DNA of 64,000 nucleotides from the human T2T-CHM13v2.0 reference genome, Homo sapiens: the NCBI RefSeq assembly GCF_009914755.1, contig NC_060928.1; one strand, given 5' to 3'. The notes under the pieces were generated by a model. The model saw only the letters and a program-made list of their open reading frames with translations. It searched no databases and was not told the DNA's origin. Of this stretch, positions 41,133-54,849 are shown piece by piece; within the stretch, counting starts at the first letter, position 1, and every line of letters starts with the position of its first letter. The position numbers were made by a program, and so were the translations under genes.

Positions 41133-44059
41133 TCAAGTAAGAGTTATAACCATAAATTATTGGGTATATAGCATATATAGATGTAATGTGTACAGCAATT
41201 ATAGCACAAAAAGGAGAGTCGAAGTATACAAAAGTGAACAAAAGTGAAATTTATATTAACATATATGTCACTAGAATTGTTATCCATGTAAAATGAGTCT
41301 GATAAGATGTATACAGTAAACTCTAAAGTAGCAATTAAGGGAAACACTGAAAAAATATAGATAAAATATTATTAAAATTAAAATTAAATGTTATATAAAA
41401 AATACCTAATTCAAAAGAAAGCAGTAAAGGAGGAATAGAGGAATGAAAAGACATAAGGTATACAGAAAACTGAAGTAAAATGATGGATGTAAATTTAACT
41501 ATACTAGTAATCTCAAGTGAAAATGAATTTAAATACTCAAATAAAAGACAGAGATTGTCAGACTGGAGGAAAAACAAATTAAATAAACAAGATCCATCTA
41601 CATGTTGTCTGCAGGAGACATACTTTAGATCCAAAGATGAAAATTCATAGAAAAAAAAAGGATGGAAAAGTTATATTATGCAGGCAGTAACCACAAGAAA
41701 GCTGGAATTGTTATATTAATATAGAAAAAAATAGACTTTAAAACAAAAGGGGTTACAGAAGTAAAGAGAGATATTTTATAAAAATAAAAGGGCCAATATC
41801 TCAAAAATAGGTAACAATTATAAGCATATGTATGTGTGATGAAAAGACATCAAAATCCATTGATATAGAAACTCCCAAAAATGAAGATTACATAGGCAAT
41901 TTAACATACTTCTTGTAGCCTTTAATACTCACTTTAACAAATGGATAAAATGACTAGGCAGAAGATCAACAAAGAAATAGAACACTGGAACAAATCTATA
42001 CAATAACTAGACTGCTTAGATATTTAAGGAACACTGTAACAACAGTGGATTCTCAAGTGCACATGCAACATTGTCCAGGAATACCATATCCCAGGCCATA
42101 AAATAGACCTCAATGAATTTAAACATTGGAACAATACAAAGTATATTTTCAGATAATAATTGAGTAAAATCATAAATCAGCAATAGGAAAATTTGGGAAA
42201 CTCAGAAATATGTGGAAATTAAACAGCATGCTCTTAAATAATCAATGGGTCCAAGAAGAAATAATGAGATAAATTAGAAAATACTTTAAAAGAAGATAAA
42301 ATACTTTAAGAACACATAACATCTCTTATGTGATGCAGTAAAAGTAGTTCTCATACTCAAAAATAACATTCTCTAACCTGCCACCATAGGCACTGAAAAA
42401 AGAAGAGCAAATTAAAACTAGAGCAACCACAAGAAAGTATTAGGGATATACAAATTAGTGAAATACAAAATAGAAAAACAATTGAGAACCTCAACAAAGC
42501 CAAAAATTGTTTCCTTGAACACATCAACAGTGGCCACAATTTAGACAGACCGACCAACAAGAAAGAGAAACTAGTCAAGTATTAATGAATTTTTTAAAAG
42601 GACACTAAACTTAAAGAAATAAAAAATTATTACAAAAGTACCTATGAACAATTATATACCAAAATTTAGATATTTTGTATGAACTGGACAAATTCTAAGA
42701 AAGATTCAAATTAGCAAAAAGAGTCAAGGAAAAATATAAAATCTTATCAAGTAAAGAGATTAAGTTAGTAATCAAAACTACCACCCCAGGAAACAATGAC
42801 AACAGCAACAAAATCCTCTAGCCAAGAATGCCTCTATGAAACTTTTAAAGTTGAATTAATACAATTATTTACAAACTCTTGCAAAAAAAATAAAAGGGAA
42901 TACACTTCCCAGTTTATTCTTTGAAGCTAGTATTACCTTAATAACAAAACCAGACAAAAGCATCAAAAAAAAAGAAAAAGAAAACAAAAATGCAGAAGAA
43001 TATCTTCAACAAAAACAGATGGAAAAAATCCTCAGCAAAACGCTAATGAACAAAATCCAGCAATACATAAAACATATAATATACTATAACCAGGCAGGAT
43101 TTACCTCAGGAATGCAAGACTGTTTCAACACCTGGAAGTCAATTAATGTAATATACTACAGCAGTAGAATAAAAAACATACAATCATCTCAATAGATATA
43201 TTAAGAAAAAAAACACTTTGCAAAATCCAATGGCATTTAATGACAAAAACTCTTAAGAAACCAGGAATAGAAGGGAACTTCCTCAGCCTGATAATGGGCT
43301 TCTGTGAAAATCCAAAGCTAATATCAAACTTAATGGTAAAAGGCCAAATGTTTCCTCCTAAGATCGCAACAAGATAAGTATATCTGCTCTTGACACATCT
43401 ATTTAACATTATACTAGAAGTTTTAGTTAGGATTAGGACAATTAGGCCAGAAAACAAAATAAAATCCAAATTGAAAAGGAAAAGTAAAACTATATTTGCA
43501 GATAAAATGAGCTTGTACTCTGATAATCCACTAAAAACTTGTAACTTAAAAATGAAAGTTGCTGGGAGGGGTGGCTATGGGTGCAGCTTCGGCAGACTTA
43601 AACCTTCCTGCATGCTGGCTTTGAAGAGAGTAGCAGATCTCCCAGCACAGCATTCCAGCTCGGCTAAGGGACAGACTGCCTCCTCAAGTGGGTCGCTGAC
43701 CCCCGTGCCTCTTGACTGGGAGACACCTCCCAGGAGGGGTCGACAGACACCTCATACAGGAGAGTTCCGGCTGGCATCTGGCAGGTGCCATTCTGGGATG
43801 AAGCTTCCAGAGGAAGGAACAGGCAGCAATCTTTGCTGTTCTGCAGCCTCCACTGTTGATACTGAGGCAAACAGGGTCTGGAGTGGACCTCCAGCCAACT
43901 CCAGCAGACCTACAGCAGAGGAACCTGACTGTTAGAAGGAAAGCTAACAAACAGAAAGGAATAGCATCAACATCAACAGGAAGGACATCCACAGAAAAAC
44001 CCCATCTGAAGCTTCCCAAATACCAACATCAAATACCAAAGGTGGGTAAATCCATGAAG

Positions 44060-45084
44060 ATGAGGAAAAACCAGTGCAAAAAGGCTGAGAATTCCAAAAA
44101 CCAGAATGCCTCTTCTTTTCCAAAGGATGCCAACTCCTCTCCAGCAAGGGAACAAAACTGGACAGAGCATGAGTTTGATGAATTGACAGAAGTAGGCTTC
44201 AGAAGGTGGGTAATAACAAACTCCTCCAAGCAAAAGGGGCATGTTCTAACCCAATGCAAGGAAGCTAAGAACATTGAAAAAAAGTTAGATGAATTGCTAA
44301 CTAGAATAACAAGCTTAGAGAGGAAGATAAATGACCTCGTGGAGCTGAAAAACCCAGCACGAGAACTTCGTGAAGCATACACAAGTATCAATAGCCAAAT
44401 CAATCAAGTGGAAGAAAGGATATCAGAGATTAAAAATCAACTTAATGAAATAAAGCATGAAGACAAGATTAGAGAAAAAAGAATGAACAGGAAAGAACAA
44501 AGCCTCCAAGAAATATGGGACTATGTGAAAAGACCAAACCTAAGTTTGATTGCTGTACCTGAAAGTGATGGGGAGAATGGTGCCAAATTGGAAAACACTG
44601 TTCAGGATATTATCCAGGAGAACTTCCCCAGCCTAGAAAGGCAAGCCAACATTCAAATTCAGGAAATACAGAGAACCCCTCAAAGATACTCCTCGAGAAG
44701 AGCAACCCCAAGATACATCATCATTAGATTCACCAAGCTTCAACTGAAGGAAAAACTGTTAAGGGTAGCCAGAGAGAAAGGTTTGGTTACCCACAAAGGG
44801 AAGCTCATCAGACTAGCAGTGGATCTCTCTGCAGAAAACCTACAGCCAGGAGAGAGTGGGGGCCAATATTCAACATTCTTAAAGAAAAGAATTTTCAACC
44901 CAGAATTTCATATCCAGCCAAACTAAGCTTCATAAGTGAAGGAGAAATAAAATCCTTTACAGAAAAGCAAATGCTGACAGATTTTGTCACCACCAGGCCT
45001 ACCTTACAAGAGCTCTTGAACGATGCACTAAATATGGAAAGGAAAAACCGGTACCAGCCACTGCAAAAATGTATCAAATTGTAA
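44060..45084 (+). pseudogene. L1 ORF1p (coiled coil, RRM, CTD), one frameshift near 44845
   Basis: MRKNQCKKAENSKNQ...SLQEIWDYVKRPNL...RATPRYIIIRF; native ATG 44060, TAA 45082-45084. Confidence 0.9.
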
Positions 45085-45131
45085 AGACCATTGACAATAT
45101 GAAGAAACTGCATCAACTTATGGGCAAAATA

Positions 45132-45427
45132 GGCCGGGTGCAGTGGCTTACGCCTGTAATCCCACCACTTTGGGAGGCTGAGGTGGGTGGATCACAAGGT
45201 CAGGAGTTGGAGACCAGCCTGGCCAACATGGTGAAACCCCATCTCTACTAAAAATACAAAAATTAGCCAGGCAAGGTGGCAGATGCCTGTAATCCCAGCT
45301 ACTTGGGAGGGTGAGGCAGAGAATTGCTTGTACCCTGGAGGCGGAGGGTGCAGTGAGCCAAGATCGTGCCACTGCATTCCAGCCTGGGTGACAGAGTGAG
45401 ACTCCGTCCCCCTCCCTGCAAAAAAAA
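45132..45427 (+). mobile_element. AluSg-like element in the L1 inter-ORF spacer
   Basis: ggatcacaaggtcaggag...cctggccaacatggtg; TSD gggcaaaata 45122-45131 / 45428-45437. Confidence 0.93.
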
Positions 45428-45453
45428 GGGCAAAATAACCAGCTAGCATCATA

Positions 45454-48400
45454 ATGACAGGATCAAATTCACACATAACAATATTAACCTTAAATGTAAA
45501 TGGGCTAAATGCCCTAATTAAAAGACACAGATTGGCAAACTGCATAAACAGTCAAGACCCATTGGTGTGCTGTATTCAGGAGACATACCTCATGTGCAAA
45601 GGCACACATAAGCTCAGAATAAAGGGACGGAGGAATATTTACCAAGTAAATGGAAAGCAAAAAGCAGGAGTTGCAATCCTAGTCTCTGATAAAACAGACT
45701 TTAACAAAGATCAAAAAAGACAAAGAAGGGAATTACATAATGGTAAAGGAATCAACACAAGAAGAAGAACTAAGTATTCTAAATATATATGCACCCAATA
45801 CAGGAGCACCCAGATTCATAAAGAAAGTTCTTAGAGACCTACAAAGAGACTTAGACTCCCGCACAATAATAGTGGGAGATTTTAACACCGCACTGTCAAT
45901 ATTAGACCAATCAACAAGACAGAAAATTAACAAGGATATTCAGGACTTGAACTCAGCTCTGGACCAAGCAGACCTAATACACGTCTACAGCAATCTCTAC
46001 CCTAAATCAGCAGAATACACATTCTTCTCAGCACTACAATGCACTTACTCTAAAATTGACCACATAATTGGAAGTAAAACACTCCTCAGCACATGCAAAA
46101 GAACGGAAATCATAACAAACACTCTCGCAGACCACAGTGCAATCAAGTTAGAATTCAGGACTATGAAACTCACTCAAAACTGCACAACTACATGGAAACT
46201 GAACAACCTGCTCCTGAATGACTACTGAGTAAATAACGAAATTAAGGCAGAAATAACTAATTTCTTTGAAACCAATGAGAACAAAGACACAACATACCAG
46301 AATCTCTGAGACACAGCTAAAGCAGTGTTTACAGGGAAATTTATAGCACTAAATGCCCACAGGAGAAAGGAAGGATCTAAAATCAACACCCTAACATCAC
46401 AACTAAAAGAACTAGAGAAGCAAGAGCAAACAAATTCAAAAGCTAGCAGAAGACAAGAAATAACTAAGATCAGAACAGAACTGAGGGAAATTGAGACACA
46501 AAAAAAGCCCTGCAAAGAATCAATGAATCCAGGAGCTGGTTTTTTGAAAAGATTAACAAAATAGCTAGACCACTAGCCAGACTAATAAAGAAGAAAAGAG
46601 AGAAGAATCAAATAGACACAATAAAAAGTGATAAAGGAGATATCACCAATGACCCCACAAAAATACAAACTACCATCAGAGAATAATATAAACACCTAGA
46701 CTCAAATAAACCAGAAAATCTAGCAGAAATGGATAAATTCCTGGACACTTACACTCTCCCAAGACTAAACCAGGAAGAAGTCAAAACCCTGAATAGACCA
46801 ATAACAAGTTCTGAAATTGAGTCAGTAATTAACAGCCTACCAACCGAAAAAAGCCCAGGACCAGACGGATTCACAGATGAATTCTACCAGAGGTACAAAG
46901 TGGAGCTGGTACCATTCCTTCTGAAAATATCCCAAACAATAGAAAAAGAGGGACTCCTCCCTAACTCATTTTATGAGGCCGGCATCATCCTGATATCAAA
47001 ACCTGGCAGAGACATAACAAAAAAAGAAAATTTCAGGCCAATATCCCTGATGAACATCGATGCGAAAATTCTCAATAATATAGAGGCAAACCGAATCCAG
47101 CAGCACATCAGAAAGCTTATCCACCACAATCAAGTCAGCTTCATCCCTGGGATGCAAGGCTGCTTCAACATATGCAAATCAATAAATGTAATCCATCATA
47201 TAAACAGAACCAACCACAAAAACCACATGATTTTCTCAATAGATGCAGAAAAGTCCTTTGATAAAATGCAACACCCTTTCATGCTAAAAACTCTCAATAA
47301 ACTAGGTATTGATGGAATGTATCCAAAATAATAAGAGCTATTTATGACAAACCCACTGCCAATATTGTACTGAATGGGAAAAGCTGGAAGCATTCCCTTT
47401 GAAAACCAACACAAGACAAAGATGCCCTCTCTCACCACTCCTTTTCAACATAGTATTGGAAGTTCTGGCCAGGGAAATCAGGCAAGAGAAAGAAATAAAG
47501 GGTATTCAAATAGGAAGAGACAAAGTCAAAATGTTTCTGTTTGCAGATGACATGATTGCATATTTAGAAAACCCATCATCTCAGTCCAAAATCTCCTTAA
47601 GCTGATAAGCAACTTCAGCAAAGTGTCAGGATACAAAATCAATGGGCAAAAATCACAAGCATTCCTATACACCGATAATAGAGAGCCAAATCATGAGTGA
47701 ACTCCCATTCACAATTGCTACAAAAATACCTAGGAATACAACTTACAAGGGATGTGAAGGACCTCTTCAAGGAGGACTACAAACCACTGCTCAAGGAAAT
47801 AAGAGAGGATACAAACAAATGGAAAAACATTCCATGCTCATGGATAGAAAGCATCAATATCGTGAAAATGGCCATACTGCCCAATGTAATTTATAGATTG
47901 AATTCTATCCCCATCAAGCTACCACTGACTTTCTTCACAGAATTAGAGAAAACTACTTTAAACTGCATATGGAACAAAAAAAGAGCCCATATGGCCAAGA
48001 CAATCCTAAGCAAAAATAACCAAGCTGGAGGCATAATGCTACCTGACTTTGAACAATACTGCAAGACTTCAGTAACAAAAACAGCATAGTACTGGTATCA
48101 AAACAGATATATAGACCAATAGAACAGAACAGAGTCCTCCGAAATAATGCCACACATCTACAACCATCTGATTTTTGACAAAACCTGAGAAAAACAAGCA
48201 ATGGGGAAAGGATTCCCTATTTAATAAATGGTATGGGGAAAACTGGCTAGCCATATGCCGAAAACTGAAACTGGACCCCCTCCTTACACCTTATACAAAA
48301 ATCAACTCAAGATGGATTAAAGACTTAAATGTAAGACCTAAAATCATAAAAACCCTAGAAAAAAACCTAGGCAATACCATTCAGGACACAGGCATGGGCA

Positions 48401-49220
48401 AAGACTTCATGACTAAAATGCCAAAAGCAATAGCAACAAAAGCCAAAATTGACAAATGTAAAGAGCTTCTGCATAGTGAAAGAAACTATCATCAGAGTGA
48501 ACAGGCAACCTACAGAATGGGAGAAAATTTTTGTAATCTACTCATCTGACAAAGGGCTAATATCCAGAATCTACAAGGAACTTAAAAAAATTTACAAGAA
48601 AAAAAAACCATGAAAACGTGGGCGAAGGATATGAACAGACACTTCTCAAAAGACGACATTTATGCAGCCAACAAACATGAAAAAAAGCTCATCATCACTG
48701 GTCATTAGATAAATGCAAATCAAAACCACAGTGAGATACCATCTCACACCAGTTAGAATGGTGATCACTAAAAAGTCAGAAAACAACACATGCTGGAGAG
48801 GATGGGGAGAACCAGAAATGCTTTTACACTGATGGTGGGAGCGTAAACTATTTCAACCATTGTGGCCGACAGTGTGTTGATTCCTCAAGGATCTAGAACG
48901 AGAAATACCATTTGACCCAGCAATCCCATTACTGGGTATATAACCAAAGGATTATAAATCATTCTACTATAAAGGCATATGTACACGTATGTTTATTGCA
49001 GCACTATTCACAATAGCAAAAACTTGGAAGCAACCCAAATGCCCATCAATAATAGACTGGATAAAGAAAATGTGGCACATATACACCATGGAATACTAGG
49101 CAGCCATAAAAAAGGATTAGTTAATGTCCTTTGCAGGGACATGGATGAAGCTGGAAACCATCATTCTCAGCAAACTGACACGGGAATAGAAAACCAAACA
49201 CTGCATGTTCTCACTCATAA
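45454..49220 (+). pseudogene. L1 ORF2p (APE endonuclease, reverse transcriptase), multiply disrupted
   Basis: [53 protein letters not shown] spread across several frames. Confidence 0.92.
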
Positions 49221-49447
49221 GTGGGAGTTTAACAATGAGAACACATGGGCATAGGGAGGGGAACATCACACACTGGGGCCTCTTGGGGGGTGGGGGGCTA
49301 TGGGAGTCATAGCATTAGGAGAAATGCCTAATGTAGATGACGGGTTGATGGGTGCAGCAAAGCACCATAGCACGTGTATACCTATGTAACAAACCCGCAC
49401 GTTCTGCACATGTAGCCCAGAACTTAAAGTATAATTTAAAAATTTTT

Positions 49448-49617
49448 AAATTAGCCAGGCTTAGTGGCACATACTTATAGTCCTATGCTTGGGAGGCTGA
49501 GGAGGGGGGATTGCTCGAGCTGAGTTTGAGAATGCAGTTAGCTATGATCACGCCACTGTATTCCAGCCTGGGCAACAAAGCAAGACCCTATCTCTAAAAA
49601 ATTAAATAAAATAAAAA
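49448..49617 (+). mobile_element. Alu right monomer (FRAM or AluJ right arm)
   Basis: aattagccaggc...ggattgctcgagc...gcagttagctatgatcacgccactg...gaccctatctctaaaaaa. Confidence 0.85.
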
Positions 49618-50204
49618 TCTAAATGTCTTTATATAGAACTTAAGATATTGGTGATTAATTTGTAACACTTTTCTAGATCTTAAAAATAATGCCTCTTTGG
49701 AGTTGTCTCTAAATTAGCAGACATCTGTCCCTTTTTTTACGTCCTGAATTATGAAAAAACATTAATTCTTGTCTAAGGACAGGAATCCACAGCTGAAAAA
49801 AAAAATCCTGACTATTATGCATAAGATATTAGCTGGGGTTAATAGAAGTCATCTTTATTTGTTCTTGATGTGTCCAAAGCTTTAAAAATAAAGTATTAAT
49901 TAATTTTGATATTAATATTATTTTCTCTTTCATATCATTGTGAAGAAGTTACTAGTTACTGAAGCCTTTTTTTTTTTTCAAATCAAATATGTAATTTCTG
50001 GGTTTGTATACTCTAGAAATTTGGGCTCTTGAGAACACTATAAGGAAACAATGACAAAAATGGGTTTCTACAAATGGAGGCTTCTTGCCTGTAAAACCTA
50101 CAAAGTTGTACTAAAATCCCTAGAAAACAGAGTGCCAGGTTTGCAAAAAGATAAATGAGGACACCTGACAGAAAGTTGTGATAGCACCATAAAATTACAT
50201 TTTA

Positions 50205-50530
50205 ATTGGAAGATTTTTGCCTATTCAATTTAAGTATTTATACATGGAATTTTGTATCTATCACACTGCTATTTGCTTTCTGTTATTTAAAACACATTTT
50301 TCTATTTTCTCTGCTTCTTTTGGATCAATCACATATTTCTACCTTTCAATTTCCCTGCATTGTTAGCTATGAATACTTTCACTATTGTTTTAGTAGTTAT
50401 CCTAGATATTACCATCAGCACCCTTTACTGATTATCATGTAACAATTATTTCTTCTACTCCTCTTTGGATAATGCTAGAATACTGTAACATTTAAAGGAC
50501 ATTTATACTCTCTGCTTTGCATTTTATTTT
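50205..50530 (-). mobile_element. Ancient L1M fragment
   Basis: cctattcaatttaa...ctgctatttgctttctgtt...ttttagtagttatcctaga. Confidence 0.45.
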
Positions 50531-51753
50531 TATGTATCTTTCATCTATAAATTTATATCCATCTGACCTGATGGATCATTCAGTTAAAGACTATACCAAC
50601 AGATTTTAAAAAGTTATAGCACTCTTTGAATAAAATTTTAAATGTCATTTTCACATAAAGTAATACTGTATATATAATTTTAGGTAAAATAAATTAACAA
50701 ATTATCTCAAAACAACAGCTTCTAGACAAAGAATATTACGTTGAAAAATATTCGAATTATTTTCCCAAGAGCAAAATTGAAAGAAAAAGTATCTTTTTAA
50801 TGACTCTTCAGTCTGTTGCATTCATGAGCTATGTTTCAACAAACTCACATGATAATCTTTATTTTGCTCTAGAAGTATTTTTTATGCTACATTTAAGATT
50901 CAAGTGCAGTTTTAAAACAAGATAACCGTAAGACCCCAATATGTCAGTGGAATATTGAAAAAATGAGATGAATAATTGAGTATTTAAAGCAAATTATGTG
51001 TGCTTTAAATGATTTAAAACACACACATTGATGTATGATGTGAACATAATGAGTAAAGTTTTATCTGCTTATTCTGAAAGCAAAAAAAATTATAATAATG
51101 TATTCTGATTCTGGTGTTGAATGCCTGATTAAATGCAGAATCTCCTACTCTCCCACTTTGAAGGAATGACTGTCACCAATCCTTTCTCTGTCAACCTCCA
51201 TCCATTATCAAGTCTTCTCTTTCTCCCTTGTAAAGTAAAATAAAACTGATTTCATTTGATTTTATTCAGACAACGTATTTATTTACTTGCAAATTTTGAA
51301 TACTTTCAGAAAGTTGTTTTTATTAAATTGATTTTTCTGTATATGAATATTGTTTGAGAATCCTTGTCTGGGAATGAATGCATAAGAAAGTTTGTCCACC
51401 ATAATGAACAGCAATGTTTCTCACTAAAAGTCTTCTAATGTTAGCACAAGGTTTTCAAGGGAAAACAAAACTGTTTAGTGAGAGCTATATTTTTAACACA
51501 TTAGTATTATTGTTTTGCTCAATCCATATATTACTAATTTACCTAGAGTGTCTGTCATTCTTCATTTATTTTCAACAAAGAATTCTCTCAGTTTGTGTAA
51601 AAATGTACTTACTGAGTCATTGTCTTCAAGAATATTCTAATTTGGTATATAATTACAGATTAATGAATTTTAAGCTCTTTGAATATATTATTTCATTGCC
51701 CATGGTTTCCATTATTCCTACTGGAAGAAATTGCTTCTTTTATGTTTATGAGC

Positions 51754-51870
51754 CTCCCTCCTCCCTTCCTCCTTCCCTCCCTCCCTCCCTTCCTCCCTCC
51801 CTCCCTTCTTCCCTCCCTTCCTTCCTTCCATCCTTCCTTCCTTTTTATTTTCTCCCTTTCCTTCCTTCTG
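51754..51870. repeat. (CCCT)n/(CCTT)n polypyrimidine tract
   Basis: Read directly. Confidence 0.9.
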
Positions 51871-52029
51871 TTTTTTGTCTCCTGCTCTTATCCTCCTTCT
51901 ATTACTTCCATTATTTATAGCTGCTTATTAGATTTTTCTTTTCTGCTTTGTCTTCAGTGGTCTTACTACTATAAGCATACATGCAGTTATCCTTTTGTTT
52001 ATCTTCTTTGGAGTTTCCAGAATGTCTCA

Positions 52030-53250
52030 AATTTGTGATACTGTTTTTCAACAGTTTTTGATAATTCTTCAAATTAGGGTACCCCATCAAATAATGTTTG
52101 GTACCATTTACTCTCTTCTTTCTCTCTGAAACTCCAATTACATGTATGTTTTACCTTTTACTTGACTCCCACATGTGTTTAACACATTTTTACATATTTT
52201 CACTCCTATCTCCCCTCTGCAGTTTAGTTTACACAATTGCTATAGATTGATATTTTTATATCTCTTTGTCTATTTCATTCTTCACTGGAGGCTAATTTGC
52301 TTTGAAATTCACCCATTAGATGAATTTCGGTTACTTATTTTTTAGGTTCTGTTAGGTTTATCTGATTTGTTGCTATGTATTCCAACTTTATGGTAAAATC
52401 TTTATTTTTAGCTGCTTTCTCCATCTTTTGGTCTATTTTCTTGAATATATTAATCATAGATATTTAAAGCCTTTTTCACCCATCTATGATATCTGAATAA
52501 TTTTTTAAACTATTTTTTCTTGGGGCCTGATTTTGTCACGGTTTTTGGTCATATGGAACTATGGTATCTCTTGGCATTTTTGCTTTTTTTTATTTCTTCA
52601 TGTAGCATGGCCATATGAAAATATAAAGGCCTCAAATAGTGTCATATTCTTCCAGAGAAAGTATCATTTTCTCTCCATTAGACTTGATAGAGTGGTAGTT
52701 GATAATCCAGCCAGCAGCTGTGCTGACTCTCAGCTGGGTTGCAACCCCAACAATGCTACTCTACCTCTGGGTTTCTACTAGCTCTCAGTCGTTTTCATAT
52801 AAGAGTCCTGAGTGTTCTTTATGGCCCCTCTAACTTTTGTTTTACAAAATTGAAAATAACTCTGCTCAGCTTTTAATGTCTTTTCACTTAGGATTTTAGT
52901 TTCCTGATCAAGTTTTGAAGCCTCAAATTTCAGCAGATGTCCTAGGGAAAAAAAAGGCTATGACTATCTCAACCAATATATCCCTGAAAAACTCTGTTGG
53001 TTTTCTGTCCCCAGCTGTGTCATTTTGGTTTCTCTCACTCTTGTCTTTGCCTAGTCTCTGAAATACCCCCAGGGCAATATCAGCTGCTGAGCTCCTATCA
53101 TCTTCCCATGGTTCACACCTCTTTGTAGTTCCAGCTGAATCCTAATCTGCCTTCTCTCAAAATGTCATTTCTTTGGTTTATCTAGCTTTTCTAACAGACC
53201 TTGGTAGAATTGCTGACTTGCTGAAGCATCTATACTCCACTCAGAAGCAA
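52030..53250 (-). mobile_element. Ancient L1ME/HAL1-like ORF1 and 5' region
   Basis: tctctctgaaactccaattacatgtatgtt, ttgaatatattaatcatagatatttaaag motifs; highly diverged. Confidence 0.5.
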
Positions 53251-54514
53251 AACTGTATAATTATTTATCGAATTAACTGACATTTCTAGAGCAACCATGT
53301 GACAGAAGTTATACTGGAGATATCGTATACATGTATGAATCTGTGTGTGTGAGTGTATACATACTAGTTTCTAATAATAAAACATTATGGATGTTACAAT
53401 TACATCATTCAATGAATGAGAAGGGAGCATAGAATTGTTAAAGCTCTTCTGCTATCAAATAACTATGTTGGAGAACTTAACTCATTCTTAAATTTATAGT
53501 AGACAAGCTATTAAATTAATTTATTCACTTTTAGATCTTGGTACTTGAAACATTTGCTGTAACATTCAGGTGAGAAGAAATGGTTGAGCATGTGTTTGAT
53601 GAGGCTAGAGGCAAAAAGAATGCCTCACATGTTTTCTCCAAAGTATACTACTATTTTCAAAAGAGTATGGGGAAGCAAGTACTTTACAAATTTCCAAGAA
53701 ATATAAATAATTCAATTAAAAAATTGTATTTCATCTTGAATGAAAAAAATTCAATTCTGTTTAAATATGAAAATTTTCCATAAAGCATGAAATATAAATT
53801 AAAAACAGTATTTAGAGAATGGATTCACTCTTCTGGAATGAATTTAATTTTTAATGTTTTACATCTTTTCTTTTGCACACACTTATATTTTATAATTTAG
53901 CAAATATAATCAGCCCTCCTGTAAACACTCTGAATTTGAAAGAAAAAATATTTTGGAAGACATTGTTATTATTTCCTAACACTGCCATTTTTAAGCACAG
54001 TTAGCATATATTTTAACTACCTTCTGCTGTGTGAAACTGATGATGAGATTAGATTTTACTGTGAAAATGTTCCATTTAAAAATCTCACAATTTTTCACAC
54101 ATTCTATTTATTAAAAGCATTTTTGTTATTTTAAAGAAAAAAATCTATTTACATTGCCTTTTCTTCAAAAGCCCACAAAGTGAGGAAGTAAATTGGATTC
54201 TGTCATATTGCAGTGGTTTTAACTAGAAAGCATTACTCTTTTATTGTCCTTGTCTAATCTCAGAAAGTTATATTTACTTACCTTTTAAATACAATGCAAA
54301 CTTAACTGAAGATTACTGAGAATCAGGGTTTTCTCCCCTGCTCCTTTGCAGTAAATTGAAAAACATCTGGAAAGTATTTTTATCCCAATATAGGTTAATT
54401 ATATTTTGAAGAGTTTGTTCCATTTTCTTGATATATTAAGCACTATAAATTCTAATTTATTTTTGAGTATTGAAGAACTTGTATAACTGAGATCATAAAA
54501 CACATCTAATGGAT

Positions 54515-54682
54515 AAAAGTAATATTTGTCAAATGCTTATTATGTGCCTGAAAATGTCAGGTACTATTAAAATGTCATTTAGCATGTGAAGAAACTAATA
54601 GAAATGATGTAAGTGAATTAACTAGATTCATAGGTCTAGTAGGTAGGGAGCTGGGATTTAGACCTAGCCATCTGAGTTTAGC
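54515..54682 (-). mobile_element. MIR
   Basis: atgcttattatgtgcc...gaagaaact...ctagtaggtagggagctgggatttagaccta. Confidence 0.6.
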
Positions 54683-54849
54683 AGACATATTTCCAGTCAC
54701 AATTACAGGATTCTGTCTATAGCACACCTTTTTCCAGAATGAAGAACTCTGACAGGAGATAAGCTAGTAAAGATCAAATACTGTGTGTATTTTGTTATTG
54801 AGAGAACTGCTGGAGACCATCATTTAGGCATTTGACAAACACAGGCATC

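Larger units (their letters stand above)
39655..43555 (+). mobile_element. Ancient L1M (L1M4/MC-like): 5' region, inter-ORF region and ORF2 5' half; ORF1 largely deleted; interrupted by an MaLR LTR
   Basis: aatggcaatgtgaagagctcc, atttattcaagaaaatcta (L1M 5' end); ORF2 EN/RT motifs from ~41480 (aagacagagattgtcagactgg, caggaatgcaag-ctg-ttcaac, tatttgcagat). Confidence 0.8.
43562..49442 (+). mobile_element. Near full-length L1PA7-like element, truncated within the 5'UTR
   Basis: 5'UTR ggtcgacagacacctcatacaggag; ORF1 and ORF2 collinear; 3'UTR aatgtagatgacgggttgatgggtgcagcaaa...cccagaacttaaagtataat. Confidence 0.93.

Noticed and set aside
43856-44926. 356-aa ORF, the longest in the window
   Set aside because: L1 ORF1p extended upstream into the 5'UTR from a non-ATG start and frameshifted near 44845; not a host gene or domesticated ORF on present evidence
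51414-52038. 168-aa hydrophobic, Pro/Ser-rich ORF
   Set aside because: The PPSL repeats are the translation of the (CCCT)n tract; the rest is AT-rich chance ORF
53535-53569. Possible 35-nt exon (cacttttag / CAGgtgaga)
   Set aside because: Splice-like sites are frequent in AT-rich DNA; no partner exon or coding signal, so it cannot be supported without transcript data
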